From contig UYFQ01000001.1 in assembly GCA_900617105.1 (NCBI GenBank), positions 4,960,001 through 5,024,000 on the forward strand: 64,000 nt of DNA. The letters are read 5' to 3'. This stretch comes from Hydrurus foetidus (Eukaryota). The notes under the pieces were generated by a model. That model saw only the letters and a list, made by a program, of their open reading frames with translations, was not told the DNA's origin and did not search any database. The translations under genes were made by a program, and so were the position numbers. Shown piece after piece: positions 41,215 through 51,108 of the stretch; position 1 is the first letter of the stretch, and each line of letters starts with the position of its first letter.

Positions 41215-42548
41215 AACGCATCTGCATACCGCTCAAGCTCCCAGTTGCTGACGTGCGCCACATAGGCGTCCCACTCTTCGTACTTACATTGCAGAAACTG
41301 CTCGACAAACGCGGCGCCCAAGCGCTCAGTTAGCACCTGGTTGCTGTCCAAGGCACGCAAAGCATCCAACAAATCGCGTGGCAACGTGCTGGGCATGGCC
41401 GCACCGGCTGCCTTGCGTTCGTACAAGTCCTCGTCACACGCCGCTACTGCGGGCAAACTGCGCGCCATACCATCAAGGCCCGCAGCTAGCGTAGCGGCGA
41501 GTGCGGCGTACACATTGCACGACGGGTCGGGCAAGCGCCACTCAATGCGCCCGGCCACTGCGCGCACCAGGCAGGTGCGGTTGTTGTTGCCAATCGTCTT
41601 CCACACGGGCGACCAGCTGGTGCCAGACAAACTGGTACTAGACGCCAAACGCTTGTAGCTGTTCACGGTGGGCGCACACAAAGCCGCCAACGCATCGGCA
41701 TGGTGCAGCAAACCGGCTGCAAACTGGTGGCCTGTAGCGCTCAACCCCAGCGCGCCGTGGGCATCGGCCATCACAGCTTTGCCCGCCGCGTCGCGCAGGC
41801 TTAAATGAAAATGCAGGCCGCTGCCCGGGGCGTTGGCAAACGGTTTGGCCATGCAGCTAAACACCATGCCGTGCTTTTCAGCGATGGCGTGCGCTGCCAC
41901 CTTGAAAAGCATGTAGCGATCAGCTGCCGCCAAGGCATCGTCAAACCGGTAGTTAATTTCGTACTGTCCGTTGGCGTCTTCGTGGTCGGTTTGTTCGAGC
42001 TCAAAGCCTAGCGCCGACAGCGTAGCCCGCATGTCGTCAAGGTAAGCCTGGTGGCGGTGAATTGCCTTCAGGTCGTAGGAAGGCTTGGCAAGTTTGTCTT
42101 GCTGGTCTGCTGCCACCCAACGGCCACTGGCGTCGCGGTTGAGCAAAAAATACTCGGGCTCAATGCCTACATACAAGGTCAACCCGCGCTCTTGCAAGGC
42201 AGCGACCTGGCGCTTGAGCAATTGGCGCGAGCAAGTCTCAACTGCCTGCCCGCCTGCATAGCCGTCGCACACAGCGTGGGCCACGCCGGGCATAAAGGGC
42301 AAGATGCGAATCGATTCTGGTTGCACGCGGGCGTAGTACTCGCTGCGCTCGCCAAAGCGGGGCAAGCCGGTGCCGGCAATGCTGGGGCCGGCAAAGCCCG
42401 CGCCAGTTTCAACCCAATCGCGCAGCGCCTTGACGGGCACCAGCTTGCCTTTGGCTACGCCGTGAATATCGGCAAACTGCACCAGCAAGCTGTGTATGCC
42501 TTGAGCCTGCAGCTCCGCTACGCGTCCTGCGTAGTCAAAAACTGTCAT
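41211..42548 (-). CDS. Glutamine synthetase-like gamma-glutamyl ligase (GlnT/GmaS-like)
   Basis: GVAKGKLVP, GAGFAG, GIEPEY, DHEDANGQYEIN, NSYKRL, RIEWR. Confidence 0.8.
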   Translation of the reverse strand: MTVFDYAGRVAELQAQGIHSLLVQFADIHGVAKGKLVPVKALRDWVETGAGFAGPSIAGTGLPRFGERSEYYARVQPESIRILPFMPGVAHAVCDGYAGGQAVETCSRQLLKRQVAALQERGLTLYVGIEPEYFLLNRDASGRWVAADQQDKLAKPSYDLKAIHRHQAYLDDMRATLSALGFELEQTDHEDANGQYEINYRFDDALAAADRYMLFKVAAHAIAEKHGMVFSCMAKPFANAPGSGLHFHLSLRDAAGKAVMADAHGALGLSATGHQFAAGLLHHADALAALCAPTVNSYKRLASSTSLSGTSWSPVWKTIGNNNRTCLVRAVAGRIEWRLPDPSCNVYAALAATLAAGLDGMARSLPAVAACDEDLYERKAAGAAMPSTLPRDLLDALRALDSNQVLTERLGAAFVEQFLQCKYEEWDAYVAHVSNWELERYADAF

Positions 42549-43864
42549 GCTGGCACGGCGTTGAAGGCTGCATCCAGAATACCCAGCGCCTCGGCAAATA
42601 CGTCATCTTCAATAGTCAGCGGGAACAAAAAGCGAACCACGTTGCCGTACACACCGCAGGTCAGCAGCAAAAGGCCGCGCTGCAAGGCTTGTTGTTGAAT
42701 TTTTTTGGTCAGGTCGGCGTCTGGCTCGCCAGTAGCGGGGTTGGCAAACTCGCAGGCCACCATGGCACCCAAGCCGCGCACGTCGCTGATGCGTTTGTCA
42801 GTAAGTTGCCGCTGCTTCAGGTGCGCCTGCAGTTTGTTGCCCAGCACGTTGGCCCGCTCAATCAAGCCTTCTTCAGCAATGATGTCCAGCACCGCGTGAG
42901 ACGCAGCTATGGCCAGAGGGTTACCCGCGTAGGTGCCGCCCAAACCGCCCGGGGCTGCTGCGTCCATGATGGCGGCCTTGCCGACCACAGCCGACAGCGT
43001 GGTGCCGCCCGCCAGGCTTTTAGCCATCACCATCATGTCGGGCGAAATGCCAAAGTGCTCCATGGCAAACATCTTGCCGGTGCGGGCAAATCCGGACTGC
43101 ACCTCATCTGCAATCATCAAAATACCGTGCTCGTTGCACAACTGGCGCAGCCACTTCACCGCCTCAGTTTGAATCACGTTAAAGCCGCCCTCGCCCTGCA
43201 CCGGCTCAAAAACAATAGCGGCTACTCGGCTGGGCTCAATGTCGCATTTAAAGAGCTGCGTCATGGCGTGCTTGACCTCGTCCAGCGACGCGCAGTGGCA
43301 AGGAAAAGGCGCGTGGTAAATCTCAGGCGGGAAAGGACCAAAACCGGCTTTGTACGGCTGCACCTTGCCAGTCATTGCCACGGCAAACATGCTGCGGCCA
43401 TGAAAAGCACCGCCAAACGCAATCACGCCGCTGCGCTTGGTGTGGGCCCGGGCAATTTTTACGGCGTTTTCAACCGCCTCAGCGCCAGTTGAGAAAAAAG
43501 CGGTTTTCAGCTCGCCGTCTATGGGCGTTATGGCGTTGATTCGCTCTGCCAGCAACACGTATTCGGTATAGGGCACTACCTGGTAGCAGCTGTGGGTAAA
43601 GCGTTGCAACTGTGCAGCAATCGCGGCTTGAATTTTGGGGTGACAGTGACCGGTGTTGAGCACCGCAATGCCGCCTGCGAAATCAATAAACCTGCGGCCT
43701 TCAATGTCCCAAAACTCTGAATTTTTGGCATGGTCGATAAAGAAATCGCCCATTACGCCCACGCCGCGCGGTGTGGCGGCTAAGCGGCGTGCGTGCCAGG
43801 CCGCGTTGCTGTGTGCAGTCATGGCGTGGTGCGCGGCAGATTCTTGTTGAGTTTGGGCGTTCAT
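42545..43864 (-). CDS. gabT: 4-aminobutyrate aminotransferase
   Basis: IDFAGGIAVLNTGH, EPVQGEGG, DEVQSGF, AKSLAGG, GGTYAGNP. Confidence 0.92.
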   Translation of the reverse strand: MNAQTQQESAAHHAMTAHSNAAWHARRLAATPRGVGVMGDFFIDHAKNSEFWDIEGRRFIDFAGGIAVLNTGHCHPKIQAAIAAQLQRFTHSCYQVVPYTEYVLLAERINAITPIDGELKTAFFSTGAEAVENAVKIARAHTKRSGVIAFGGAFHGRSMFAVAMTGKVQPYKAGFGPFPPEIYHAPFPCHCASLDEVKHAMTQLFKCDIEPSRVAAIVFEPVQGEGGFNVIQTEAVKWLRQLCNEHGILMIADEVQSGFARTGKMFAMEHFGISPDMMVMAKSLAGGTTLSAVVGKAAIMDAAAPGGLGGTYAGNPLAIAASHAVLDIIAEEGLIERANVLGNKLQAHLKQRQLTDKRISDVRGLGAMVACEFANPATGEPDADLTKKIQQQALQRGLLLLTCGVYGNVVRFLFPLTIEDDVFAEALGILDAAFNAVPA

Positions 43865-43909
43865 GAGGAGCTCCTTTAAATGGGTTGAGGCAAGCTGAAA
43901 AAAAGTCGG

Positions 43910-45400
43910 CTAAATCGGGCTGTCAATGCGTATCCAGGTAGTTTTGGTTTCGGTGTATTTGTCAAAAGCGTGTAGCGACTTGTCACGCCCCACCCCGCTT
44001 TGCTTGTAGCCGCCAAAAGGCACGGTGATGTCGTCTTCGTCGTATTGATTGACGTGTACCGTGCCTGCGCGCAGGGCTCGAGCAACGCCGTGGGCTTTAT
44101 TGATGTCCCGCGTCCACACGCCGGCTTGCAAGCCATAAATGCTCTGGTTAGCGATTCGCACTGCCTCGTGTGCGTCGGTAAATGAAAGCACCGATAAAAC
44201 CGGGCCGAATATTTCTTCTCGGGCAATCGTCATGTCGTTGCGCACGCCATCAAAAATAGTCGGTTGCACATAGCACCCGCCGGTTTCCATCATGGCTTGC
44301 TGCCCACCAGCAACCAGTTGCGCACCTTCTTTTTTGCCCGCTTCGATGTAGCGCAGCACGCTGTCGAGCTGGGTTTTGTCTACCAATGCGCCCATGACAG
44401 AGGCGGGATCAAGCGGATTAGACGGCAAAAACGACGGTACCAATGCAAGGGCTTTCTCAAGAAATTTGTCTTTGATGCTGGCTTCAACCAGCAGCCGAGA
44501 CGGCGCATTGCAGCTTTGCCCCTGGTTAAAAAAGATGCTCCCCACCGCTGCGCGAACCGCCGCATCAAGATCGGGGCAATCGGCAAACACAATATTTGGA
44601 GATTTGCCGCCCAGCTCTGTCCAGGCGCGTTTCAGGTTGCTTTGCCCGGCCATGATGTGGATTTGCTTGCCTACTTTGGTCGAACCTGTGAAAGCAATGC
44701 AATCGACGTCCATGTGCAGCGCCAGCGGCGAGCCAGCCTCGGGGCCGAAGCCGGGAACTACATTGAACACGCCGGGTGGAATGCCCGCCTGCAGCGCCAA
44801 GTCAGCCAAGCGCAGCGCAGTCAATGGCGATTTTTCGCTGGGCTTGAGCACTACCGAGTTGCCAGCAGCCAGCGCCGGCGCAATCTTCCACGCGGCCATG
44901 ATCATCGGGTAATTCCAGGGCACGATCACGCCGACCACGCCCATTGGCTCGCGGGTGATGAGCGCCAGCGCCGTGCTGGCTGTGGGCGCTATTTCGTCAT
45001 ACACCTTGTCGGTGGCTTCGCCGTACCAGCGAATGCAGTTGGCCGCACTGTTCACGTCAACGCTGCGGGCGTACTGAATGGGCTTGCCCATGTCCAGTGT
45101 TTCCATTAGCGCCAACTCGTCCGCGTGGGCCAGCAACAAGTCTGCAAACCGAATCATCACGGTTTTTCGTTTGGCGGGCGACATGCCACACCAGCGGCGG
45201 TCTTCAAACGCTTTGCGCCCTGCGGTTACAGCCTTGTCAATGTCAATGCTTGAGCAGCGCGCCACCATGCCAAGCGTGCGGCCATCTACCGGGGAAATAC
45301 ATTCAAATTCAGCGCCGCTAATGGCTGCAACGCGCTCGCCGTTAATAAGAGCGCGCCCGTCAATCTTGAGGTCGGCGTGGTTCGTTAAAACAGTCGTCAT
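43910..45400 (-). CDS. puuC: Aldehyde dehydrogenase (PuuC/KauB-like)
   Basis: PWNYP, FTGST, ELGGKSP, NQGQSC, EEIFGP, GRDKSLHAFDKY. Confidence 0.82.
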   Translation of the reverse strand: MTTVLTNHADLKIDGRALINGERVAAISGAEFECISPVDGRTLGMVARCSSIDIDKAVTAGRKAFEDRRWCGMSPAKRKTVMIRFADLLLAHADELALMETLDMGKPIQYARSVDVNSAANCIRWYGEATDKVYDEIAPTASTALALITREPMGVVGVIVPWNYPMIMAAWKIAPALAAGNSVVLKPSEKSPLTALRLADLALQAGIPPGVFNVVPGFGPEAGSPLALHMDVDCIAFTGSTKVGKQIHIMAGQSNLKRAWTELGGKSPNIVFADCPDLDAAVRAAVGSIFFNQGQSCNAPSRLLVEASIKDKFLEKALALVPSFLPSNPLDPASVMGALVDKTQLDSVLRYIEAGKKEGAQLVAGGQQAMMETGGCYVQPTIFDGVRNDMTIAREEIFGPVLSVLSFTDAHEAVRIANQSIYGLQAGVWTRDINKAHGVARALRAGTVHVNQYDEDDITVPFGGYKQSGVGRDKSLHAFDKYTETKTTWIRIDSPI

Positions 45401-45437
45401 AGAGCGATTCGTCTGCTGGTTTTTAAAATGAAAATGA

Positions 45438-45471
45438 CAAGTGGTTTGCTGAAGGTTTATAAAAGTGGCTC
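45438..45471 (-). promoter_or_regulatory. Candidate GabR/MocR operator upstream of puuC
   Basis: Minus strand GAGCCACTTT-N14-AAACCACTTG. Confidence 0.5.
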
Positions 45472-45489
45472 TGTGCCGCAGCACAAATG

Positions 45490-45522
45490 AAAAACGGGGC
45501 AGGCAAAGCCCTCCCCGTTTTT
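45490..45522. terminator. Intrinsic terminator after the porin-like gene
   Basis: AAAAACGGGG ... CCCCGTTTTT hairpin. Confidence 0.65.
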
Positions 45523-45566
45523 TATTAAACAGCAGGCAAGCCTGCGACCAATTTAAGCAACCCGGC

Positions 45567-46853
45567 TTAGAACGACACCACAATCGCAGTGCCCAGCGTG
45601 GTGTTGGACTTTGTCGGCAAACCATCTGAATTCAAGAAGTTAAAGCCAGACGAACGGTCCAAGCGGTACTCGGTTTTCCACTGTGTGCTGGGGTTAACAG
45701 CGTAGTTAAAGCCGAGCGACAGCGCGGTTCGCTTGGTGCCGCGGTTGATGTCTACTACAGCGCCAGTGTCATCAAGTTCTGGTCCGAAAATAGTGGCAGC
45801 TGCGCTTGGGTCAAAGAACATACCGCCGCCGTTTTTGCGGTTGTTGATGAAGTCGTAGCGCGCTATGGCTTGCAGTCGAGGTGTCAACTTATAGCCAGTA
45901 AAGCCCGACAAGCCAAACCACTTGGCATCATCTCCAGAACCATTGCCTGCACCACCCTTAATGCTACCGACGTTGATTTGACCGTTGAGCGCCAAATCAC
46001 CACGGGTATATCCGCCGTCAAGTGCGATGAGTGTGAACGGGCGCACAGTCTTCAGGTCATCTTTACGTTTTGAGTGGGCGCCAGAGAAGTTCAAATAACT
46101 GAACTCGTTGATCGTCCAGTTGGCGTTGTAGACGAAGCCTGGGGACTTTTTGTTGGTGCTCTTCTCGTCTATGTTGGCCAGCATGAACTTCCCGACTACC
46201 GGACCGAAGGTGTGCTGTATGCCAGCGCCTGTGTAGTTGGTAGCTGACGCAAAGTTAAACAACAAGTTATGAGTTACCAGCGGGTTTTGGTTGCCAAACG
46301 AATACTCGTAGCCCTGCCAGTCGGGTATTACGCCCGCAATCAGCCGTGTGGTGGGAGAGCCCAGCGGGACGGAAACAGAGGCCTCGTGTACGAGGTTGCT
46401 GCCGTTGATGTTGGCGCCGCCTGGGGTTAGGCGAAGCGTCCAATTGATGCCTTCACCGCCTTCTGCCTGTTTGGTAATTTCAAACATGCCAGTGCCGGCA
46501 TAGCCGTTGCCAGCAGAAAAGCCAGGCGAAGCCGAGCTCAATCTATTTGCAGAATTGAAGTTTTTGTCGTACGAATATTGTGCTTCGATCACACCCTTGA
46601 AAGCCAGGCCAGTGAAGCCCGATTTCAATGCGGAGTCCTCATTGACCTCCATTTTTTGAACCAGGCGGTTGAATTCAACCGGGTCGACCGCCCCTTTTGT
46701 GCTCATTTGTTGCACCTGGGCTTGCAGGGCTTGCAGCTGCTCTTGCAGCGCCTGTATTTGCTTTTGCATGTCTGCAGGGCTTTGGGCATGCGCAGCCAGC
46801 CAAGGCATTACAGCTGCAACGGCAATAGACACCGCTTTTATTTTGAACTTCAT
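45567..46853 (-). CDS. DUF3138-like putative outer-membrane beta-barrel
   Basis: Signal peptide (AHA-Q), coiled coil, PDWQGYEY, amphipathic beta pattern, C-terminal Phe. Confidence 0.7.
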   Translation of the reverse strand: MKFKIKAVSIAVAAVMPWLAAHAQSPADMQKQIQALQEQLQALQAQVQQMSTKGAVDPVEFNRLVQKMEVNEDSALKSGFTGLAFKGVIEAQYSYDKNFNSANRLSSASPGFSAGNGYAGTGMFEITKQAEGGEGINWTLRLTPGGANINGSNLVHEASVSVPLGSPTTRLIAGVIPDWQGYEYSFGNQNPLVTHNLLFNFASATNYTGAGIQHTFGPVVGKFMLANIDEKSTNKKSPGFVYNANWTINEFSYLNFSGAHSKRKDDLKTVRPFTLIALDGGYTRGDLALNGQINVGSIKGGAGNGSGDDAKWFGLSGFTGYKLTPRLQAIARYDFINNRKNGGGMFFDPSAAATIFGPELDDTGAVVDINRGTKRTALSLGFNYAVNPSTQWKTEYRLDRSSGFNFLNSDGLPTKSNTTLGTAIVVSF

Positions 46854-46898
46854 ACTATTCTCCTGTTGTTGATATCGGTAGCAAAAAAACAAACTGGC

Positions 46899-47735
46899 TC
46901 ACGTTTTTAAAGCTGCAGCCATTTCTCGGGCCCTGCGCTTTTCGGATCGGGACATCCATACACTGGCAGCCACCACGCCCAAGCCAACGGCCAGCACGGT
47001 CAGCGTAGCAACGACATTTACGGTTGGGTTGAGTCCCAAACGGGCGCGGCTGAAAATGGTAATCGGCATGGTGGTGGAGCCTGGCCCCGACAAAAAGGCC
47101 GACAGCACCACGTCATCGAGCGAAATGGTGAAAGTCAGCAACCAAGCAGACAGCAACGATTGAGAAACAAGCGGCAAGGTCACTAAAAAAAACACTTGCC
47201 ACGGCTTGGCACCCAGGTCGAGCGCCGCTTCTTCAAGCGAAGCGTCCATTTCTCGCAGGCGGGACGAAATGACTACGGTTGCGTAAGCCATGCCCAACAA
47301 CGTATGGCCCAGCCAGATGGTCATGACGCCGCGCTCAGGAAAACCAAACTGCTTTTGAATAGAAACCAGCATCAACAGCAAGGACAGGCCCACAATGACC
47401 TCAGGCATGACCAGCGGGGAATTCACCATTCCGTTGAAAAGTGTCCGGCCCGGAAAGCGCGGATATTTGACCAGCGAAACCGCTGCAAAAGTACCCAAAA
47501 TGACAGAAGCCGTGGCGGTCATCAACGCGATACGAAGCGACAGGAAAAAACCCTCAACCAACTGGGTGTCATTAGTCAACTCGGCGTACCAGCGAAGTGA
47601 AAATCCCGTCCAGATAGTGACGGCTTTATTTTCATTAAAGCTGAGCACTACCAACGTAAAAATAGGAATATACAAAAACAAGAAAGCCGCAATCAGCCAT
47701 GTTCGCGACGTCAATTGGCCTGCGCGACTGATCAT
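46899..47735 (-). CDS. potI: Putrescine ABC transporter permease
   Basis: FLYIPI, SLEEAALDLGA, FTISLDD. Confidence 0.88.
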   Translation of the reverse strand: MISRAGQLTSRTWLIAAFLFLYIPIFTLVVLSFNENKAVTIWTGFSLRWYAELTNDTQLVEGFFLSLRIALMTATASVILGTFAAVSLVKYPRFPGRTLFNGMVNSPLVMPEVIVGLSLLLMLVSIQKQFGFPERGVMTIWLGHTLLGMAYATVVISSRLREMDASLEEAALDLGAKPWQVFFLVTLPLVSQSLLSAWLLTFTISLDDVVLSAFLSGPGSTTMPITIFSRARLGLNPTVNVVATLTVLAVGLGVVAASVWMSRSEKRRAREMAAALKT

Positions 47736-48697
47736 TTGCGGTCTCCGATGTTTTCAGCCTGGTATTTGCTAAAAACCGCCATCGGCACAATGATGAGAAG
47801 AATCATCATGATTGCAACTGCCGATGCCAAAGGCCAATCGTTGTTAGAGAAAAATTCGTCCCACAACACCCGGCCAATCATCAAGGTTTGCGGCCCGCCA
47901 AGTAGCTCGGGGATCACAAACTCGCCCACACACGGGATGAACACCAACAAAGCGCCCGCAATAACGCCGTTTTTTGACAGGGGTACCGTTACCTTCCAAA
48001 AAGCAACCCACGGGCTGGCACCTAAATCTCTGGCGGCCTCGAGCAACCTGATGTCCATTTTGACCAGCGTTGCGTACAGCGGGAGCACCATGAAAGGAAG
48101 ATATGTATAAACCATGCCGAGCGTGAGTGAAAACGGCGTGTACATCATTTTCAGTGGTTCAGCTAGCAGACCAAGCCAAATCAACACCTGATTGAAAACG
48201 CCATCGTCGGCCAGCAGCAACTTCCATGCATACACCCGAAGTAAAAATGACGTCCAGAACGGCAACATGACCAACATCAACAATGCAGGCCGAATGTCTG
48301 GACGGCTGCGGGCAAGGAAATAGGCAAACGGATAACCAATCACCAGGCAAAAAGCCGTTGTAACCGCTGCGTACTTGACAGACGACAAGTACGCAAGCAA
48401 GTAGAGGTCTTCTTGCAAAACTGTCCAAAAGTTGGCCAGTTTGAGCTGCAGAGTCCATACACCGCCGACAAGTGTAGAGATGCTCTTAAAACCAATGCCG
48501 TCTGTTTCAGACAGACTTATTTTCAAAACCACTAAAAACGGCAGCGCAAAAAACACCAGCAAAAATGCCATCGGCACGCCGATTACCAGAACTTTTCCAA
48601 AGCGGCTAACCAAGTTGTCGAGCCACTGCGAGTTTCCTCCAGCGACTGACGTGCCAGCGCTCATTGAAGCGGCCGCAGTAGTCGTGGGCTGATTCAT
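47732..48697 (-). CDS. potH: Putrescine ABC transporter permease
   Basis: LPFWTSFLLRVYAW, LEAARDLGA, GEFVIPELLGG. Confidence 0.88.
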   Translation of the reverse strand: MNQPTTTAAASMSAGTSVAGGNSQWLDNLVSRFGKVLVIGVPMAFLLVFFALPFLVVLKISLSETDGIGFKSISTLVGGVWTLQLKLANFWTVLQEDLYLLAYLSSVKYAAVTTAFCLVIGYPFAYFLARSRPDIRPALLMLVMLPFWTSFLLRVYAWKLLLADDGVFNQVLIWLGLLAEPLKMMYTPFSLTLGMVYTYLPFMVLPLYATLVKMDIRLLEAARDLGASPWVAFWKVTVPLSKNGVIAGALLVFIPCVGEFVIPELLGGPQTLMIGRVLWDEFFSNNDWPLASAVAIMMILLIIVPMAVFSKYQAENIGDRK

Positions 48698-49836
48698 CGG
48701 GTCAGCACCACGAGGTCCTCACCCCACCACCACAAGTGAACGTTGTCGCCAACACTCAATTTTTCTTCAACGAACCGACCGCTGTTGGCTTGAGTAACCT
48801 TGACTTGAAGGCCGGTGCTCAAAGTGACATGAAAAATAGTCTGGCTACCGAGGTAAGACAACCCTCGAATCGCACCCTGAGTGGTGTTAAAACCAAACTC
48901 AGCCGGGCTGCCAAAGTCTCCGACGACTGGAGCTGATTTTTTGATTCCGATTTTCTCTGGCCGAACCGCCACCTGAACAGCCATGTCTTGCGTGCCCGTG
49001 ATGCCGTGGCTCACATAGTGCCGACATTCGGCGCTTTGAATGACCACATGGTCGGGCTCATCCACCAGCACCTTGCCAGCGAATAAATTAACACTGCCGA
49101 TAAAGTCGGCAACAAACTTGCAACTTGGCGTTTCGTAAATATCGCCGGGTTTGCCGACCTGTACGATTTGCCCTTGACTCATTACGCCAATGCGGCTGGC
49201 CATCGTCATGGCCTCTTCTTGATCATGGGTCACCATGACGCAAGTCACGCCAACCGAATGAATGATTTCAACCAGCTCAAGCTGGGTGCGTTCGCGCAGC
49301 TTTTTGTCCAACGCGCCCAATGGCTCGTCGAGCAAAAGCAGCGTTGGCTTTTTAGCCAGACTGCGAGCCAGCGCTACGCGCTGTTGCTGCCCCCCAGACA
49401 GTTGATGCGGCTTTCGCTTTGCAAACGATTCGAGCTGCACTAACTTGAGCATTTGCTCAACTTTGTCGGCTACTTCAGATTTAGCCATTCCCTCGCGGCG
49501 CAAGCCAAACGCCACGTTGTCCCACACATTCAAGTGAGGAAACAACGCGTAGCTTTGAAACATCATGTTGACCGGGCGCTCGTTAGGCGCAAACCGGGTC
49601 AAGTCATCGCCCTCTAAAAGAATTTGACCGGAGCTTGGCTTTTCAAACCCTGCAAGCATTCGCAGCAGGGTTGATTTTCCGCAACCGGAAGAGCCCAGCA
49701 GTGCAAAAATTTCGCCCTGCTTGATGTCCAGCGAAACGCTGTCGACTACTGTCACATCACCATATCGCTTAACAAGCGACTGAATTCGTAAAAAGGGTGG
49801 TTTCACCCCAGCAGCAGGGACCGCTATCGCTGCCAT
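48694..49836 (-). CDS. potG: Putrescine ABC transporter ATPase
   Basis: [29 protein letters not shown]. Confidence 0.88.
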   Translation of the reverse strand: MAAIAVPAAGVKPPFLRIQSLVKRYGDVTVVDSVSLDIKQGEIFALLGSSGCGKSTLLRMLAGFEKPSSGQILLEGDDLTRFAPNERPVNMMFQSYALFPHLNVWDNVAFGLRREGMAKSEVADKVEQMLKLVQLESFAKRKPHQLSGGQQQRVALARSLAKKPTLLLLDEPLGALDKKLRERTQLELVEIIHSVGVTCVMVTHDQEEAMTMASRIGVMSQGQIVQVGKPGDIYETPSCKFVADFIGSVNLFAGKVLVDEPDHVVIQSAECRHYVSHGITGTQDMAVQVAVRPEKIGIKKSAPVVGDFGSPAEFGFNTTQGAIRGLSYLGSQTIFHVTLSTGLQVKVTQANSGRFVEEKLSVGDNVHLWWWGEDLVVLTR

Positions 49837-49839
49837 TTT

Positions 49840-50970
49840 TTAAATTCCCGTCTTAAAGCTTCTGAAAACATCGGTTTGCAACCGGCGTGTCGCGCCATTT
49901 AGGGATTTAGGTGGAACCATTTTTGCCAGCTCAGTTGCGCTAGGAAAAATCGAACTGTTGCTGGCCAGCTCCGGCTTAACGAATTTCATGCCTTCTTTAT
50001 TGGGGTTCGCATAAAAAACGGTGTTCGTCAAAGACGCCTGCACTTCAGGGCGCATGATGTAGTTGATAAAAATGTGGGCGTTTACAGGATGAGCGGCATC
50101 CGCCGGAATCGCCAAGGTGTCAAAAAACAGCAACCCGCCGTTTTTAGGCAACAAGGCCTGAATATTCTGACCGGTCTTGCCGTCAATAGCGCGTTGACGG
50201 GCGATGTTGATGTCTCCCGACCAGCCCACCGTCAAGCAGATGGATCCGCTGGCCATGTTGTTGATGTAGCCGGATGAGCTAAACAAAGTAACGAAAGGTC
50301 GAACGCTTTTAAGCGTTGCACGGGCAGCGTCGTAGTCAGCTTGGGCGCTGCTATACGGGTTTTTGCCCAAATAATGAAGCACAGCCGGGACAATTTCGTT
50401 TCCGCTGTCCAGCATGCTGATGCCGCAGGACTTGAGTTTGGACGCGTACCTGGGATTGAAAGCCAGCTCCCACACGTTTTCAGGCATCGGCTCTGCGCCA
50501 AGCAGTGCCTTTACTTTGTCGACGTTAATGCCGATGGTGGTGTAACCCCATAACCAGTTCACCAAATGCGCGTTACCAGCATCAACCGTTGCCATTTGCG
50601 CCTGAATTGCCGGGTCAAGGTTCTTCAAATTGGGTAGTTTGGATTTGTCCAGTTTTTGGAAAATTCCGCCCTGAAGCTGCAAACTTGCCCAGTTGCTGGA
50701 CGGCACGACGATGTCGTAGCCGGTTTTGCCCGCGACCAGCTTGGCGTGCAAGATTTCGTTGTTATCGAAGTTGTCGTAGCGAACTTTGATGCCGGTTTCT
50801 TTTTCAAAGTTTGCAATCAAGTCTGGGGAAATGTAGTCTGACCAGTTGTAGATATTCAGAACCTTGTCTTCTTGCGCGTGTGCAGCTGTCAAACCGGTTG
50901 CCATAACTGCAGCCGCAAGTAAGCCCGAAGCAAACTTGCGGCTAGTCCATTTTTTAAAAAAGTTCTTCAT
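49840..50970 (-). CDS. potF: Putrescine-binding periplasmic protein
   Basis: IYNWSDYI, GYDIVVPS, GWSGD. Confidence 0.88.
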   Translation of the reverse strand: MKNFFKKWTSRKFASGLLAAAVMATGLTAAHAQEDKVLNIYNWSDYISPDLIANFEKETGIKVRYDNFDNNEILHAKLVAGKTGYDIVVPSSNWASLQLQGGIFQKLDKSKLPNLKNLDPAIQAQMATVDAGNAHLVNWLWGYTTIGINVDKVKALLGAEPMPENVWELAFNPRYASKLKSCGISMLDSGNEIVPAVLHYLGKNPYSSAQADYDAARATLKSVRPFVTLFSSSGYINNMASGSICLTVGWSGDINIARQRAIDGKTGQNIQALLPKNGGLLFFDTLAIPADAAHPVNAHIFINYIMRPEVQASLTNTVFYANPNKEGMKFVKPELASNSSIFPSATELAKMVPPKSLNGATRRLQTDVFRSFKTGI

Positions 50971-51108
50971 CAAATCCTCCAAAAATTAAAAAGTTGCTTT
51001 GCGTTTCGTCCAAAAATTAACTGCGACTACGAAAAAAGCTGCGTAACAGCAGAGTCCGGCGGCTAGATATTAATCCTGAAAAAGTGGTCCCGATGGTAGA
51101 GGCAACCC

